Source of the DNA: a virus
Lineage: Duplodnaviria; Caudoviricetes
DNA: 64,000 bases
Virus record (IMG/VR): IMGVR_UViG_3300005973_000002
Strand: one strand, 5' to 3'
Shown: in pieces, positions 8,429 to 18,328 of the stretch
Numbering within the stretch: the stretch's first letter is position 1
How the letters are laid out: each line of letters begins with the position of its first letter
Position numbers and translations under genes: made by a program
Notes under the pieces: model-generated
Seen by the model: the letters and a program-made list of their open reading frames with translations, nothing else
Database searches by the model: none
What the model was told of the DNA's origin: nothing

Positions 8429-9319
8429 TCAAATACTTGTCCAACCCTTATATTCTTCTTGCTTTCCTCTGGCTACTCTGCTCATTACTTGAGGAATAAG
8501 TTTAATTGAAGACTTCGCACAAAACTCTTGCATATTTGTGATAATAACTACTTCACCCTCTGGATTGCGAAGCTTATATGTCTTCTGTTTTAATTTTCGT
8601 AATCTATCTGAAGCTCGTTTTTTTCGTGCTTCATCTTTTGCCCAAGAACGCTTTCGACCTTCAATTACCTTTTCTCGGTACTCAGGATCTTGCCAAAGCT
8701 TCTTATTGAGCTTAGATACAGATTTAGAAATCTTCTTACGTGTTTCCTTTGAAACCTCTTTGCCTTGAGCAGCTTTAGACAGCTTTTTACGGTACTCAGG
8801 CTTCTGTGTAAAATTTCGGATGGCCTCAACATGTTTCTCTCGGTACTCAGCGTCTTGCCAAAGCTCTTTCGTCTTCTTCGATTGAAACTCACTTTGAAAC
8901 TTACGATATTCGGGGTCTTTCCACCTTTTTTTCATTGAAATTGACATCTTCTTTCGAGTTTCTTTTGGAGTTTTTGAACGACACGAACGTCCGTTTCGGT
9001 TTGTTTTTTTGTCTATGTTATAGCACTTTTGCTGACTGTCATAGTGTTTATTGATTAGTTGTTGTTCAACTAGAAGTCTTGCTTTTTGTTCGCCCAATAC
9101 AACTTTAACAACATGAAATTCAAATGAAGACTCACCACATTTATTAAAATCATGTTGTAGAAACCGATTGGAATGTCGATTTTCCTGCAAAGCTTTTAGA
9201 TGTTCGGTAGAACGTTGCTTGAATACTTTACAGGAACCAATGTAAATGCGACCATTGGATATGTTGATTATTTTGTAGACGCCTGATTTGTTTGAATGTC
9301 CGTTGTATACTCTTTTCAT
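8429..9319 (-). mobile_element. Intact GIY-YIG homing endonuclease with NUMOD3 and WxDPEYR repeats
   Basis: GVYKIINISNGRIYIGSCK, SKETRKKIS and repeated W-x-D-P/A-E-Y-R. Confidence 0.9.
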
Positions 9320-9355
9320 ACTTTATATTTAGTATGAGAGGTAATATTTGTATAT

Positions 9356-9712
9356 TCACAACGGCCACGGTTTATTAGTCAATTGTTGAAACTGATTCTT
9401 GCTTATATTTCTTAGGCGTAGTTTATCAATTACGCTATCAACTGTTGCGCCTGGTCTATTTAACTCTTGCTGAAACTTTTTGGAACTAACAACAGCATCA
9501 ACTACTGCTTTCATTTGTTGTGGAGTTCCACGGACCTTTATGGGCAGTTTTTGTTTTCTACCAGCCTTACCTGAAATGAACGCCGCAGCACCAGCGAAAA
9601 AAATCTTACCAGCCCAGCTAAGTTTAAATTCTTTAATTGGCTGTTCATTTTCTTCGCCTTTTACTTTAATTGGCGCTTCAACAAGCATTTCTTTTTTGTT
9701 GGCGTCAGACAT
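9356..9712 (-). CDS. Hypothetical protein divergent from the tape measure gene
   Basis: 118-aa ORF with AAGGA SD. Confidence 0.7.
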   Translation of the reverse strand: MSDANKKEMLVEAPIKVKGEENEQPIKEFKLSWAGKIFFAGAAAFISGKAGRKQKLPIKVRGTPQQMKAVVDAVVSSKKFQQELNRPGATVDSVIDKLRLRNISKNQFQQLTNKPWPL

Positions 9713-9743
9713 ATTTGGTCCTTCTAAAAAATCTATTCTTGTG

Positions 9744-9749
9744 TAATTA
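9744..9749. promoter_or_regulatory. Palindromic TAATTA candidate late promoter serving divergent genes
   Basis: Lies between the starts at 9712(-) and 9777(+). The TAnTTA motif recurs before many genes. Confidence 0.5.
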
Positions 9750-9776
9750 TCACCAGTCCGAACGAAACGCTAAATT

Positions 9777-12700
9777 ATGGGTATTGAAGAGACAAAACAG
9801 TTGAATGAGTTGTTGGAAACTCAAAAAAAGCTGTACAATGAGCAGAATGCTGCTATCAAAAGTCAATTAAGCATGATGCAGCAAATGGTTAGCGTTTTGC
9901 GCTCTTTAGATTTGGAAAGAGTTGGAAGAAATATCGAAGGTCTTAATTCTGCTGTCAACAGTGCTGCTGAGTCAGTTGAAAAACTCGGACAAGGTCAGCA
10001 AACAATGCAACAAATTAATAGAGTTGCAGAAGAAATGGATGATAGTCTTGAAAGGTTGGCAGCAGGAGCTGAAAATTTCGGACAAAAATTATTAAAACTT
10101 GCCCCGGTAGTAGCTACCCTTGAGGGATTAGGTGCTGGACTTACCTTTTCCATGAATGTCATGGGAGGGTTAATAACTGTTGGCCAAAGTTTGGTCGGCA
10201 CTATGTTTAATTTAGCGGCATCGATTATATCTGTGCCGTTTAAGATGCTCAATGGCCTGATGGAAATGGCTGCTCAAGGAGGAGGGTCGGAACTTCGTCA
10301 AGCTATCGAAGATGTACGTCAAGAATTCGGTGATTTATATCAAAACGAAGCTAAGGGCGTCATGCAGTCATGGAGGCAGCTTGATCATTTTGGCGGACAA
10401 TTAGCTGAAACTGGTCTTTCTATTTGGCGTACCATGGGCAACATGGCTGAATCGCTTAAGCGTGTTCATGAGATGGCTACGCAGCTTGGACCTATATTTT
10501 CTAGTGTAACGAACGAATTTATGGGTCCAAAAGCTGTTGAGCGACTGCATGCTTATCAGAAAGGTTTGGGACTAACAGAAGAAGGCTTCCGGGCGATGGG
10601 CGAAGAAGCCGTAAGGCGTGGTGTATCTGTTCAAGAAATGGGCAGGGAAATAACCTCTATTGCATTTGCCATGGGTGAATCCTTTGGTATTAACGGCAAA
10701 CTGATTGGCCGTGAGATTGGAAACATGATTGACGACTTTGAACACTTTGGCAATATTGGTGTTCAAGAGTTGGCTCAAGTTGCTGTATACGCTCGTAAGT
10801 TGGGTGTAGAAGTTGAAAAACTTACTGGTGTGCTTGATCAGTTTGCAGATTTTGATAAGGCAGCTGAGTCTGTAGCACAACTTTCTCAGGCATTTGGCAT
10901 TCAACTTGATACTCTAAAAATGGTTCAAGAACAGGATCCAGCAGCGAACATTGAACGTTTGAGAAAAGCATTCTTTGCAGCTGGTCGTTCTGTTGAACAA
11001 ATGACAAGACAGGAGCGTGCTTTGTTGGCGACGCACACTGGCCTTGATCAAAAGACTCTTTCTCTGGTTTTCTCAGCCGAAAAACAAGGAATGACCTATG
11101 AAGACATTCAAAAGGGTGGAGAGGATGCTCAAAAACAACAGCTTTCTCAAGCTGAAGCTATGGAAAAGCTGTCCAATTCTATCGAACGGCTAGTGAAGTC
11201 GGGACAAGCGATGAAGGGAGGCTTTTTTGATATCTTCCTCCAGGGATTTATGAGGGGAATCAAGTGGACCAGAGAATTCTGGGGACTCATGTGGAATCTT
11301 CGTAGGGCTATGAGAGAAACCAGATGGGCTGGCGTGCGTGTTGGTCAGATGTTCGTTGAATACTTCCCAGGGGTAAGAGATATCCTAAAGGGTATTGCTG
11401 AGTTGTTTGATCCAAGAAGATTTAGAAAAATGCTTGATGGAGTTACCAGTGCATTTAGAACTTTCTTCAAGGCAATGTCTAGTGACCCAAGAACCGCATT
11501 ACCTGAATTGCTTAACAAACTAAAAGAAAGTTTCTTTAACTGGTTTAATACCAGTGAACCAGCCGGGCGTCAGATTTTAGAAGGGTTTAAATCATTTTTT
11601 AAAGCTGTGGGCCAAATTTTTGCTGGGTTGCTTAGGGAGGCAATGAAGGGTGCCACAAAAGCATTTAGATTCATGATTGACTTCATTAAAAACCCTAGTC
11701 AAGTTATTGGAGGAGTTACTCAAGCAACCGATGGGTTTTTAGGCTTTTTGATGGAAGTGCTTGAGCCTGCCTGGGAAGCATTGAGAGACGAATGGCCAGC
11801 ACTTAAAGAAGCATTCCTTGAATTAATGAAAACAGCATGGCAAAAGATCAAGCCGCCTTTAATAGATTTTCTAAAAGAAAATATGATTTACATATTAGGC
11901 GTTGCATTCGGGCCTGCAATTATTACTGGAGGGTTGCGTGGACTATCTACTGTACTACTTGCTGGATTGGTAAAAGCGACTGGTAAAGCAACAGCATCAT
12001 TTGTGCAAAGAGGTCCAAGTCTCGTTAGGTCTGCATTTCAAAAATTAGCAAGAAGAGCACCTGCTGGAGATGTAGCAGCTGGTGGTCGATCCGCAGCAGC
12101 TCTTACCGGTGCAACAAAAGCAGCAGGAGATGCTGCGAATGCAGCACGCCAAACAAGGGTTAGTATGGGCGATGTAGGCAAGATGGCCTTAATAGCTCTT
12201 GTAATTACTGCTGGCTTAATTGCGATTGGCGTAGCCATGGTCGAACTGGCCGATACGATACAAGAAAGAGGCATTACAACTGAGAACATAAGAAACGCTG
12301 CTGTGGTTATGATTGCAACTGGTGCAATCATGCTTGAATTGGCCGGCACCATAGCAATACTGGCTGCTGTCGGTCAAGCAATTCAATCGCAAGTTCAAGG
12401 TGTATTAATTGGTGTTGCGGCAGTTGGGGTAGTGGGTGCTGCCATGGCTTTTGGGGCAATGGGTATGATTGAGTTGTTCAAAGGCTATAGTGAAGGCGAG
12501 GTTAATAATGCAGTTAAAATTATGGGAGCTACGGCAGCATTCTTTTTGGCAGCCATTGCAGTTACCTTTGGTGCTGGAGTAATAGGAGCAATAATTTCTG
12601 CAACCTCGGGAATAGCTGCGGCCGTTGTTTTGGCTGGACTTGCAGCTCTTGGCGCCATGATGATTGGCATGACCGAAACAATAAAGCAGGTTATTGACGT

Positions 12701-14381
12701 TGTCAAGTCTGTTAGGGTCACAACTTCAGACATGAGAAGCTTAAAGGCATTCACAATTGTTTTAAGTTCGATGGGTGAATTTGCCGGCAACATTGCTCAC
12801 ATCACCGAAGCCACATCACCTGGTTTTGTTGATTTAATAAGAGGCGGTGAACCGATGACCGAACGTTTGAAAGAAACTACCAATCTTGTTCAAAGTATGG
12901 GTAGCGAGTTGCGTTCAATGGTTAGAACGGTAGTTGAACAAGCAAACATACTTGGAGGGGGTGAAGAAGATCTACGCAAAGTAGAAGTTATTGCCGGGGT
13001 GCTGACAACAATAGGAAGTGTGGCAAGAAATCTTAGACCGCCTGAGGAAATCATGGATGTTGGCTGGATAGAGCAGTTTGGAGGTGAGGACGTTTCAAGT
13101 CGCATTAGAGAAATGACAAATTATGTCACCAGCGTAGTTCAATCACTGCACAATTCTGTTATTGACATTACAAGAGAATTTAGTCAAATTGCCCAGGCAG
13201 GTGGGTTTACAGCAGAATCACTGGATGCGGCAAAAGCAATTGGAGCTATTCTTCAGTCGGTTGGTCTTATTGGCCGAGCCATGACTGTTTATATTTCACG
13301 TGAATATGCAACAACTGATCCAGATACACTGAGACGACTAGCACCTCAATTAGGTGCAGTGGTTGAAAGCATGATGTCGGCTATTGTGGGCCAAGGTGGT
13401 CACAACATTTTTTCAAGAATGGCAGGGGTGATCAGATTCATTCTTGATGGAATGAGAGACGTTTCTCCAGCTGAAGCTCGACGTGTTGAGCAATTTACAC
13501 CAATGATTCAGTCAGCATTTACAGCTATCGCAGGTATATCAACATTGCTAGGCAATGTTGGTTTAGGCGCTGCTGTGCAAGGTGACCCTGAGAGAACCAA
13601 ACAAAATATTGATCAAATGATCAGAATGGCCAATACTGTAACATATGGGGTGGGTAATAACATTAAGGGAATTATAACATCCATAGTTGAAAACTTTAGT
13701 GGTCTTGACCGTGGACAAATTTCTAATGTGAAAAGTGGAATGGAAGCTGTTAAGTCGGTCCTTGAATCAATTAGTCAATTCACTGGCATTGCCGATTCTT
13801 TGAAAGGCTTAGGAGGAGGCGCTGCCGCAGGTCAAGAGATTTTAACTGGACGAGACGCATTATCTACTGCTTTTGGAGCAATAGTCACCTTGATATCAGG
13901 AGTAGGTGATAAGATGGGATTGGAAGGTTTTATCGATGGCATCCTTCCAGGGCTCAACAACATAGGAACAAAAATAGAGCCTTTGTCTGATGCGTTACCT
14001 GATTTTATAGAAGCAATGCGTCTAACAAAGGGAGCAATCACGGCTGTCGACAGAGTCTACAGTGGAGAAGTGTTCCAAAATGTAAGCCAAATTGATGAAG
14101 CCGTGTTGACCAAAACCAAAGATGCAGTCACTTCAATGGTTACCAACATTAATGAAATTGGTCAAGCTCTAAGGGGTGTTAGAGGATTCAATATTAATTC
14201 AGAGCTGCAAGCTGTAAACAATAGATTGAATCTAGGCTCCTCGGGTAGGCTTCAAATTGCCCATCAGCCAGTTCAATTCAATGTTAGCTGGAGAATTACT
14301 CTTGATTCTGAAGAACTTGAAAAGGCACTTGTGGAAAGACAAGGGAGTACGATTCAAACAAAACGTGATACTGTAACTTGA
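9777..14381 (+). CDS. Tail tape measure protein
   Basis: 1534 aa, Ala/Gly/Met-rich and helical, with N-terminal coiled coil and hydrophobic central segments. Lies upstream of baseplate hub genes. Confidence 0.85.
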   Translation: MGIEETKQLNELLETQKKLYNEQNAAIKSQLSMMQQMVSVLRSLDLERVGRNIEGLNSAVNSAAESVEKLGQGQQTMQQINRVAEEMDDSLERLAAGAENFGQKLLKLAPVVATLEGLGAGLTFSMNVMGGLITVGQSLVGTMFNLAASIISVPFKMLNGLMEMAAQGGGSELRQAIEDVRQEFGDLYQNEAKGVMQSWRQLDHFGGQLAETGLSIWRTMGNMAESLKRVHEMATQLGPIFSSVTNEFMGPKAVERLHAYQKGLGLTEEGFRAMGEEAVRRGVSVQEMGREITSIAFAMGESFGINGKLIGREIGNMIDDFEHFGNIGVQELAQVAVYARKLGVEVEKLTGVLDQFADFDKAAESVAQLSQAFGIQLDTLKMVQEQDPAANIERLRKAFFAAGRSVEQMTRQERALLATHTGLDQKTLSLVFSAEKQGMTYEDIQKGGEDAQKQQLSQAEAMEKLSNSIERLVKSGQAMKGGFFDIFLQGFMRGIKWTREFWGLMWNLRRAMRETRWAGVRVGQMFVEYFPGVRDILKGIAELFDPRRFRKMLDGVTSAFRTFFKAMSSDPRTALPELLNKLKESFFNWFNTSEPAGRQILEGFKSFFKAVGQIFAGLLREAMKGATKAFRFMIDFIKNPSQVIGGVTQATDGFLGFLMEVLEPAWEALRDEWPALKEAFLELMKTAWQKIKPPLIDFLKENMIYILGVAFGPAIITGGLRGLSTVLLAGLVKATGKATASFVQRGPSLVRSAFQKLARRAPAGDVAAGGRSAAALTGATKAAGDAANAARQTRVSMGDVGKMALIALVITAGLIAIGVAMVELADTIQERGITTENIRNAAVVMIATGAIMLELAGTIAILAAVGQAIQSQVQGVLIGVAAVGVVGAAMAFGAMGMIELFKGYSEGEVNNAVKIMGATAAFFLAAIAVTFGAGVIGAIISATSGIAAAVVLAGLAALGAMMIGMTETIKQVIDVVKSVRVTTSDMRSLKAFTIVLSSMGEFAGNIAHITEATSPGFVDLIRGGEPMTERLKETTNLVQSMGSELRSMVRTVVEQANILGGGEEDLRKVEVIAGVLTTIGSVARNLRPPEEIMDVGWIEQFGGEDVSSRIREMTNYVTSVVQSLHNSVIDITREFSQIAQAGGFTAESLDAAKAIGAILQSVGLIGRAMTVYISREYATTDPDTLRRLAPQLGAVVESMMSAIVGQGGHNIFSRMAGVIRFILDGMRDVSPAEARRVEQFTPMIQSAFTAIAGISTLLGNVGLGAAVQGDPERTKQNIDQMIRMANTVTYGVGNNIKGIITSIVENFSGLDRGQISNVKSGMEAVKSVLESISQFTGIADSLKGLGGGAAAGQEILTGRDALSTAFGAIVTLISGVGDKMGLEGFIDGILPGLNNIGTKIEPLSDALPDFIEAMRLTKGAITAVDRVYSGEVFQNVSQIDEAVLTKTKDAVTSMVTNINEIGQALRGVRGFNINSELQAVNNRLNLGSSGRLQIAHQPVQFNVSWRITLDSEELEKALVERQGSTIQTKRDTVT

Positions 14382-14392
14382 TAGGAATATAA

Positions 14393-14560
14393 ATGACTGA
14401 AAAATTATTTGATAGACTTTTGAAAGACAAAGAATATAAGAAGCTTCTTGAGCAATTACCGGAGGATGAAAGAGTTGTAGTGATCAAATCTCTTAAAGAA
14501 ATTACAGAAAGATTTGAAAACGAAGTCTATGCTCCGCTTAAGAATTACTTGAGCAAGTAA
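14393..14560 (+). CDS. Small hypothetical protein (55 aa)
   Basis: Manual translation MTEKLFDRLLKDKEYKKLLEQLPEDERVVVIKSLKEITERFENEVYAPLKNYLSK with AGGA SD. Below the track cutoff. Confidence 0.65.
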   Translation: MTEKLFDRLLKDKEYKKLLEQLPEDERVVVIKSLKEITERFENEVYAPLKNYLSK

Positions 14561-14573
14561 TTAACACCTAACC

Positions 14574-17500
14574 ATGATTGATCGTGATGACATTCCGCAG
14601 AAAATTCTGCTAGAAAACTCTGAAGAAGAACGAAGCTCAACCTCTGAAGGTGCTTTGGTCGTATTCGAGCAAGATGATTATGCCGAAGAGACCAAGCAAA
14701 CGATCGGTGATTTCTTTAGAACAAAGTTGCAAGAAGAAAACAAACGGAGTGTTGCTCAAATCAGCGACGGGCCTGAGTTGGAAATTTTCAACGAAACAAA
14801 TCCGGAAGACTCAAACAATTCATATATCGCCAAACGACCTGATGAACAAAGAGTAGCCTTTGAAAGGCAATCACAAAGTGGATTTTTTAATAGAGATGTG
14901 GTGCCTGGTAAGGCAGTAGTTGGAATTGGCCAAAATGAAATACAGGCTTCTGCCTTATTGGACATTGTAAACGAAACTCCAGGATTCATTGCTAGTGAGG
15001 TTGAAAACACCATTGGTGAAAATGCTTCATTTGGACCAAATCAAAAGTACATTTCAAATTCAGAAAACTCCGAAGATACGTTTGTTACTGAAGAAGTCGC
15101 AGGCACAAGGCGTCACCTAATTCAAACAGAATTTGGCACTCATGGACCTCAAAAACTATTTGATAATGTCCAAGTCGAAGAAGGGATTACACCTACCCTA
15201 ACAATACAACAACTTAAAAATTTGGGCGGTCAAATTTTATTAGAAGCTTCTGGAGAAGTATTTATTCCATCGGACCCATCAAACATAGAACAAGCTTTGG
15301 CGGCCAGAGGAACTACGGCTGCGGTTCCTGGTGCTGCACGTTTAGGTTTCAAAGTTGATCGAAACAGGTTTGGAGCGTTGCAAACACTCCAAGCAAATAC
15401 AAATCCCGATCTAATCAAGCCTGGAGTGGATATAGATTTGTCCTCACCCTCACGGGGATCTTATGGTTCGTTCAACAATCCATTCGTACCATTCGATGGA
15501 ATACTCACCGGGCTTTCCAGTGCTGTTGCAGGAACACTACTGGCTATAACGTTCTCAGAAATTTTTATACTTTTATCAGAAATCCTTTCCTTTGAGAGGG
15601 GAACTGGTGAAGCATTGTCAGAAATAAACAGTATTGAAAATGGAAAGCCACCCGAAGATTCGGATACAATCGCCACCAGAAGACGACGCCTAGGTTCATA
15701 CGTTCCAAAGAGACCAGAAGAAGATCCAAATCTGGAACGTGATCCAGGAGATTTGGGATTTGCTTTATTGGGTATTGATAATGCTAATTTTTTGACAGAC
15801 ACACAATTTTCATATAGAGATGCATTGCAGCAAGGTGTAAAAATATTTTTTGGATTGAGTAATGAAAATTTTATTCCAGGCGTTGCATCAGCAGCCACCA
15901 AAATTGTAGAAACTCCGGGATATTACAATGGAATATTAAGAAGTTTGACACGTGCAGTGACGGATCCCCTGTTTGATATTGCTGGAAGTGTTGCTTCCCT
16001 TTCCGGTGAAGATCTCAGTCTTCAGGCATCTGATCCGGGAAACGTCAACCCCATTACGGGGCCATCGAGTGATCCAACAAGCTTGGTTGGTATCATAGAT
16101 GTTTTGAGAGATTCGAAGTTCTTAAAGTTTATGAATGTTCTTGCTGCGATCGGGGATATAGCTTTAAGACAAGGAACGCTCATTTCTGATATTGATTCTA
16201 TAAGAGATACTATCGAAAACCCGAATCAGCAAGAAGGCGAGCCAGAATTAATAGTTAATATTTCTTCTCTGCATAAGAAAAATCGTCTTTCCAATAGAGT
16301 GGAGCCGCAATTTAGAGGTGCGCTTGCTTGGGGTTCTAACACGGTTCGCTCTATGTTTTTATTGAATGACAAAATTACACAAGCTGAAGACATTTATAGT
16401 CCAGAGACAAGCAACTATACTAGGCTTGCAGGCAATAGAAATGTCAAATTAACAAAAGAGCGTAGATTGTCTCAAACAGAAGTCAGACTAATGGAGCGAG
16501 AACTTGATTCTTATTATGTTCCATTTTATTTTCATGATTTAAGAACAAACGAAATAATATCTTTTCATGCATTTTTAGAAAACATAACTGATTCGTATGA
16601 TGTCATTTATAATGAATCAGAAGGGTATGGAAGAATTGGTAAAGTATACAGTTACCAAAACACCGATAGAACAATAACTCTTTCATTCAAGGCCGTATCG
16701 ACAAATCCAGGTGATTTTAGCGAAATGTGGTATAAAATCAATAAGCTGGTTATGTTGCTGTATCCACAGTACACAGCGGGTCGTTCGGTGTCATTTGATA
16801 GCCAAAAATTCATTCAACCATTTTCGCAAATACCTTCATCAACTCCCTTGATTCGACTTAGGGTTGGAGATCTCATCAAGAGTAACTACAGCGATTTTGA
16901 TCTGGCAAGACTTTTTGGCATTGGAACAGAAAGTTTCCAACTTTCTGAGCAGGCAAGAGAGCAAAATGCAGAAGCGCAAGAACGATTAAGGTTAGGTCAA
17001 ACAGAAGCTCGAATACAATTTGAATTATACAATTTTCAAGTCGGAGATATTTTTACTTTTGCTCGACCAATTGATCAAGTTGGCTCCACCGTACCCCGAA
17101 GTTCGCCAGAGTCTATTATTAAAGTTATTGAAAACGAACAACAATTCAGGGAAAGGACGAGACAAAGAGGAAGACAGCGACATAACAGAACAAGGCTTCC
17201 AAGCATACCTGTTGGTGCTAGAGCCAGAGTCGTTGGTGCAGAAGCTGCTGCGCAGAAAAAATATCGTATTATATTCGTTCCTGCACTTACAGGCACTGAT
17301 GGCGGCACACAATATGAAATTGATTTCAGTGGGGAGTCGGCCGGGATGATAATTCCCGACCCTATATCTTTACTTGAAAACGCACAAAGGAACGCACAGG
17401 TCTTACAAGAAGAAGATGGCACGGCAACTGATCAGCAAATTACAGATTTTAACAACAACGAAAGTGTTAGAAACTTTTTTGCAACAACAGACAGGGATGC

Positions 17501-17882
17501 AGAAGCTGTAGATGCCAATCCAATATTCAAAGCTTTTGATTCCACGAGAGGTCAAGGTTTAGCAGGTGTAATAAAAAGTCTTGCTTTCAACTGGGACGGT
17601 GCAATTTGGGAGACTGAAGGTTTAAACAATCGGGCTCCAAAGTGGTGCACAATTGATATTACATTTGCACCGGTTTACGACATCAACCCAGGACTTGATG
17701 CCAATGGCAATATGATTGGTGCTCCTTATAACATCGGCACTATACTTGATCAAATTAAAATTACAAGAAATCGGGATGCTGAAAAGTTGGCAGCGGCCGT
17801 AAATAACAATAGGCAGGCTTCTGTTTCCCTGGACGATGAAGAGGATATAGATCCTGACGCTTTGGCTAATTTCTTAGGATAA
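14574..17882 (+). CDS. Tail tube initiator / baseplate protein (gp48/gp54, P2 gpU-like domain) with long N-terminal extension
   Basis: VPFYFHDLRTNEIISFHAFLENITDSY...YGR...Y...RTITLSF and AGVIKSLAFNW...APKWCTIDITF. Position follows the tape measure gene. Confidence 0.6.
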   Translation: MIDRDDIPQKILLENSEEERSSTSEGALVVFEQDDYAEETKQTIGDFFRTKLQEENKRSVAQISDGPELEIFNETNPEDSNNSYIAKRPDEQRVAFERQSQSGFFNRDVVPGKAVVGIGQNEIQASALLDIVNETPGFIASEVENTIGENASFGPNQKYISNSENSEDTFVTEEVAGTRRHLIQTEFGTHGPQKLFDNVQVEEGITPTLTIQQLKNLGGQILLEASGEVFIPSDPSNIEQALAARGTTAAVPGAARLGFKVDRNRFGALQTLQANTNPDLIKPGVDIDLSSPSRGSYGSFNNPFVPFDGILTGLSSAVAGTLLAITFSEIFILLSEILSFERGTGEALSEINSIENGKPPEDSDTIATRRRRLGSYVPKRPEEDPNLERDPGDLGFALLGIDNANFLTDTQFSYRDALQQGVKIFFGLSNENFIPGVASAATKIVETPGYYNGILRSLTRAVTDPLFDIAGSVASLSGEDLSLQASDPGNVNPITGPSSDPTSLVGIIDVLRDSKFLKFMNVLAAIGDIALRQGTLISDIDSIRDTIENPNQQEGEPELIVNISSLHKKNRLSNRVEPQFRGALAWGSNTVRSMFLLNDKITQAEDIYSPETSNYTRLAGNRNVKLTKERRLSQTEVRLMERELDSYYVPFYFHDLRTNEIISFHAFLENITDSYDVIYNESEGYGRIGKVYSYQNTDRTITLSFKAVSTNPGDFSEMWYKINKLVMLLYPQYTAGRSVSFDSQKFIQPFSQIPSSTPLIRLRVGDLIKSNYSDFDLARLFGIGTESFQLSEQAREQNAEAQERLRLGQTEARIQFELYNFQVGDIFTFARPIDQVGSTVPRSSPESIIKVIENEQQFRERTRQRGRQRHNRTRLPSIPVGARARVVGAEAAAQKKYRIIFVPALTGTDGGTQYEIDFSGESAGMIIPDPISLLENAQRNAQVLQEEDGTATDQQITDFNNNESVRNFFATTDRDAEAVDANPIFKAFDSTRGQGLAGVIKSLAFNWDGAIWETEGLNNRAPKWCTIDITFAPVYDINPGLDANGNMIGAPYNIGTILDQIKITRNRDAEKLAAAVNNNRQASVSLDDEEDIDPDALANFLG

Positions 17883-17886
17883 TAAA

Positions 17887-18180
17887 ATGGCCCTAAATCG
17901 CTATGCAAGAACAAGAATAATTGGACTTAATTTCCGGTATGCTACTTCTTTTGCCATACCAGCAATAAGAGAAAATATAGCAAATGGCAATATACGATTT
18001 TCTGAAATAATTTTGGATGAAAGAGTTCGTTTGGATATATTAGCTGGTGAAGCATATGGGGATGGACGACTAAGTTGGGTTATTGCAGCCGCTTCAGGTA
18101 TTGGTTGGCAACTACAAGCACCACCTGGAACGTTGATTCGCATACCAGAACTTGAAGATGTTGCACGTTACGTGGCTTAA
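17887..18180 (+). CDS. LysM-like baseplate protein (T4 gp53 / P2 gpX-like)
   Basis: RLDILAGEAYGDGRLSWVIAAASG...PGTLIRIP. Confidence 0.8.
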   Translation: MALNRYARTRIIGLNFRYATSFAIPAIRENIANGNIRFSEIILDERVRLDILAGEAYGDGRLSWVIAAASGIGWQLQAPPGTLIRIPELEDVARYVA

Positions 18181-18284
18181 ATGATACAACATATCCTAAT
18201 TTGTTAGCAGCCAGTTTAAACGTATGTAATATTTTAAATGGCAAAAGAGCGTCTACCAAAGGATATACACTTATTAGAATATAA
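18180..18284 (+). pseudogene. Relic C-terminal NUMOD1-like DNA-binding motif of a lost homing endonuclease
   Basis: Start-less frame NDTTYPNLLAASLNVCNILNGKRASTKGYTLIRI*, similar to TYPSALAAS...GKRKTAGGFHW at 51741-51923. Confidence 0.55.
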
Positions 18285-18328
18285 GCGAACAAATTTGCAA
18301 TATTGTATCTACACTATTTACCTAAGAA

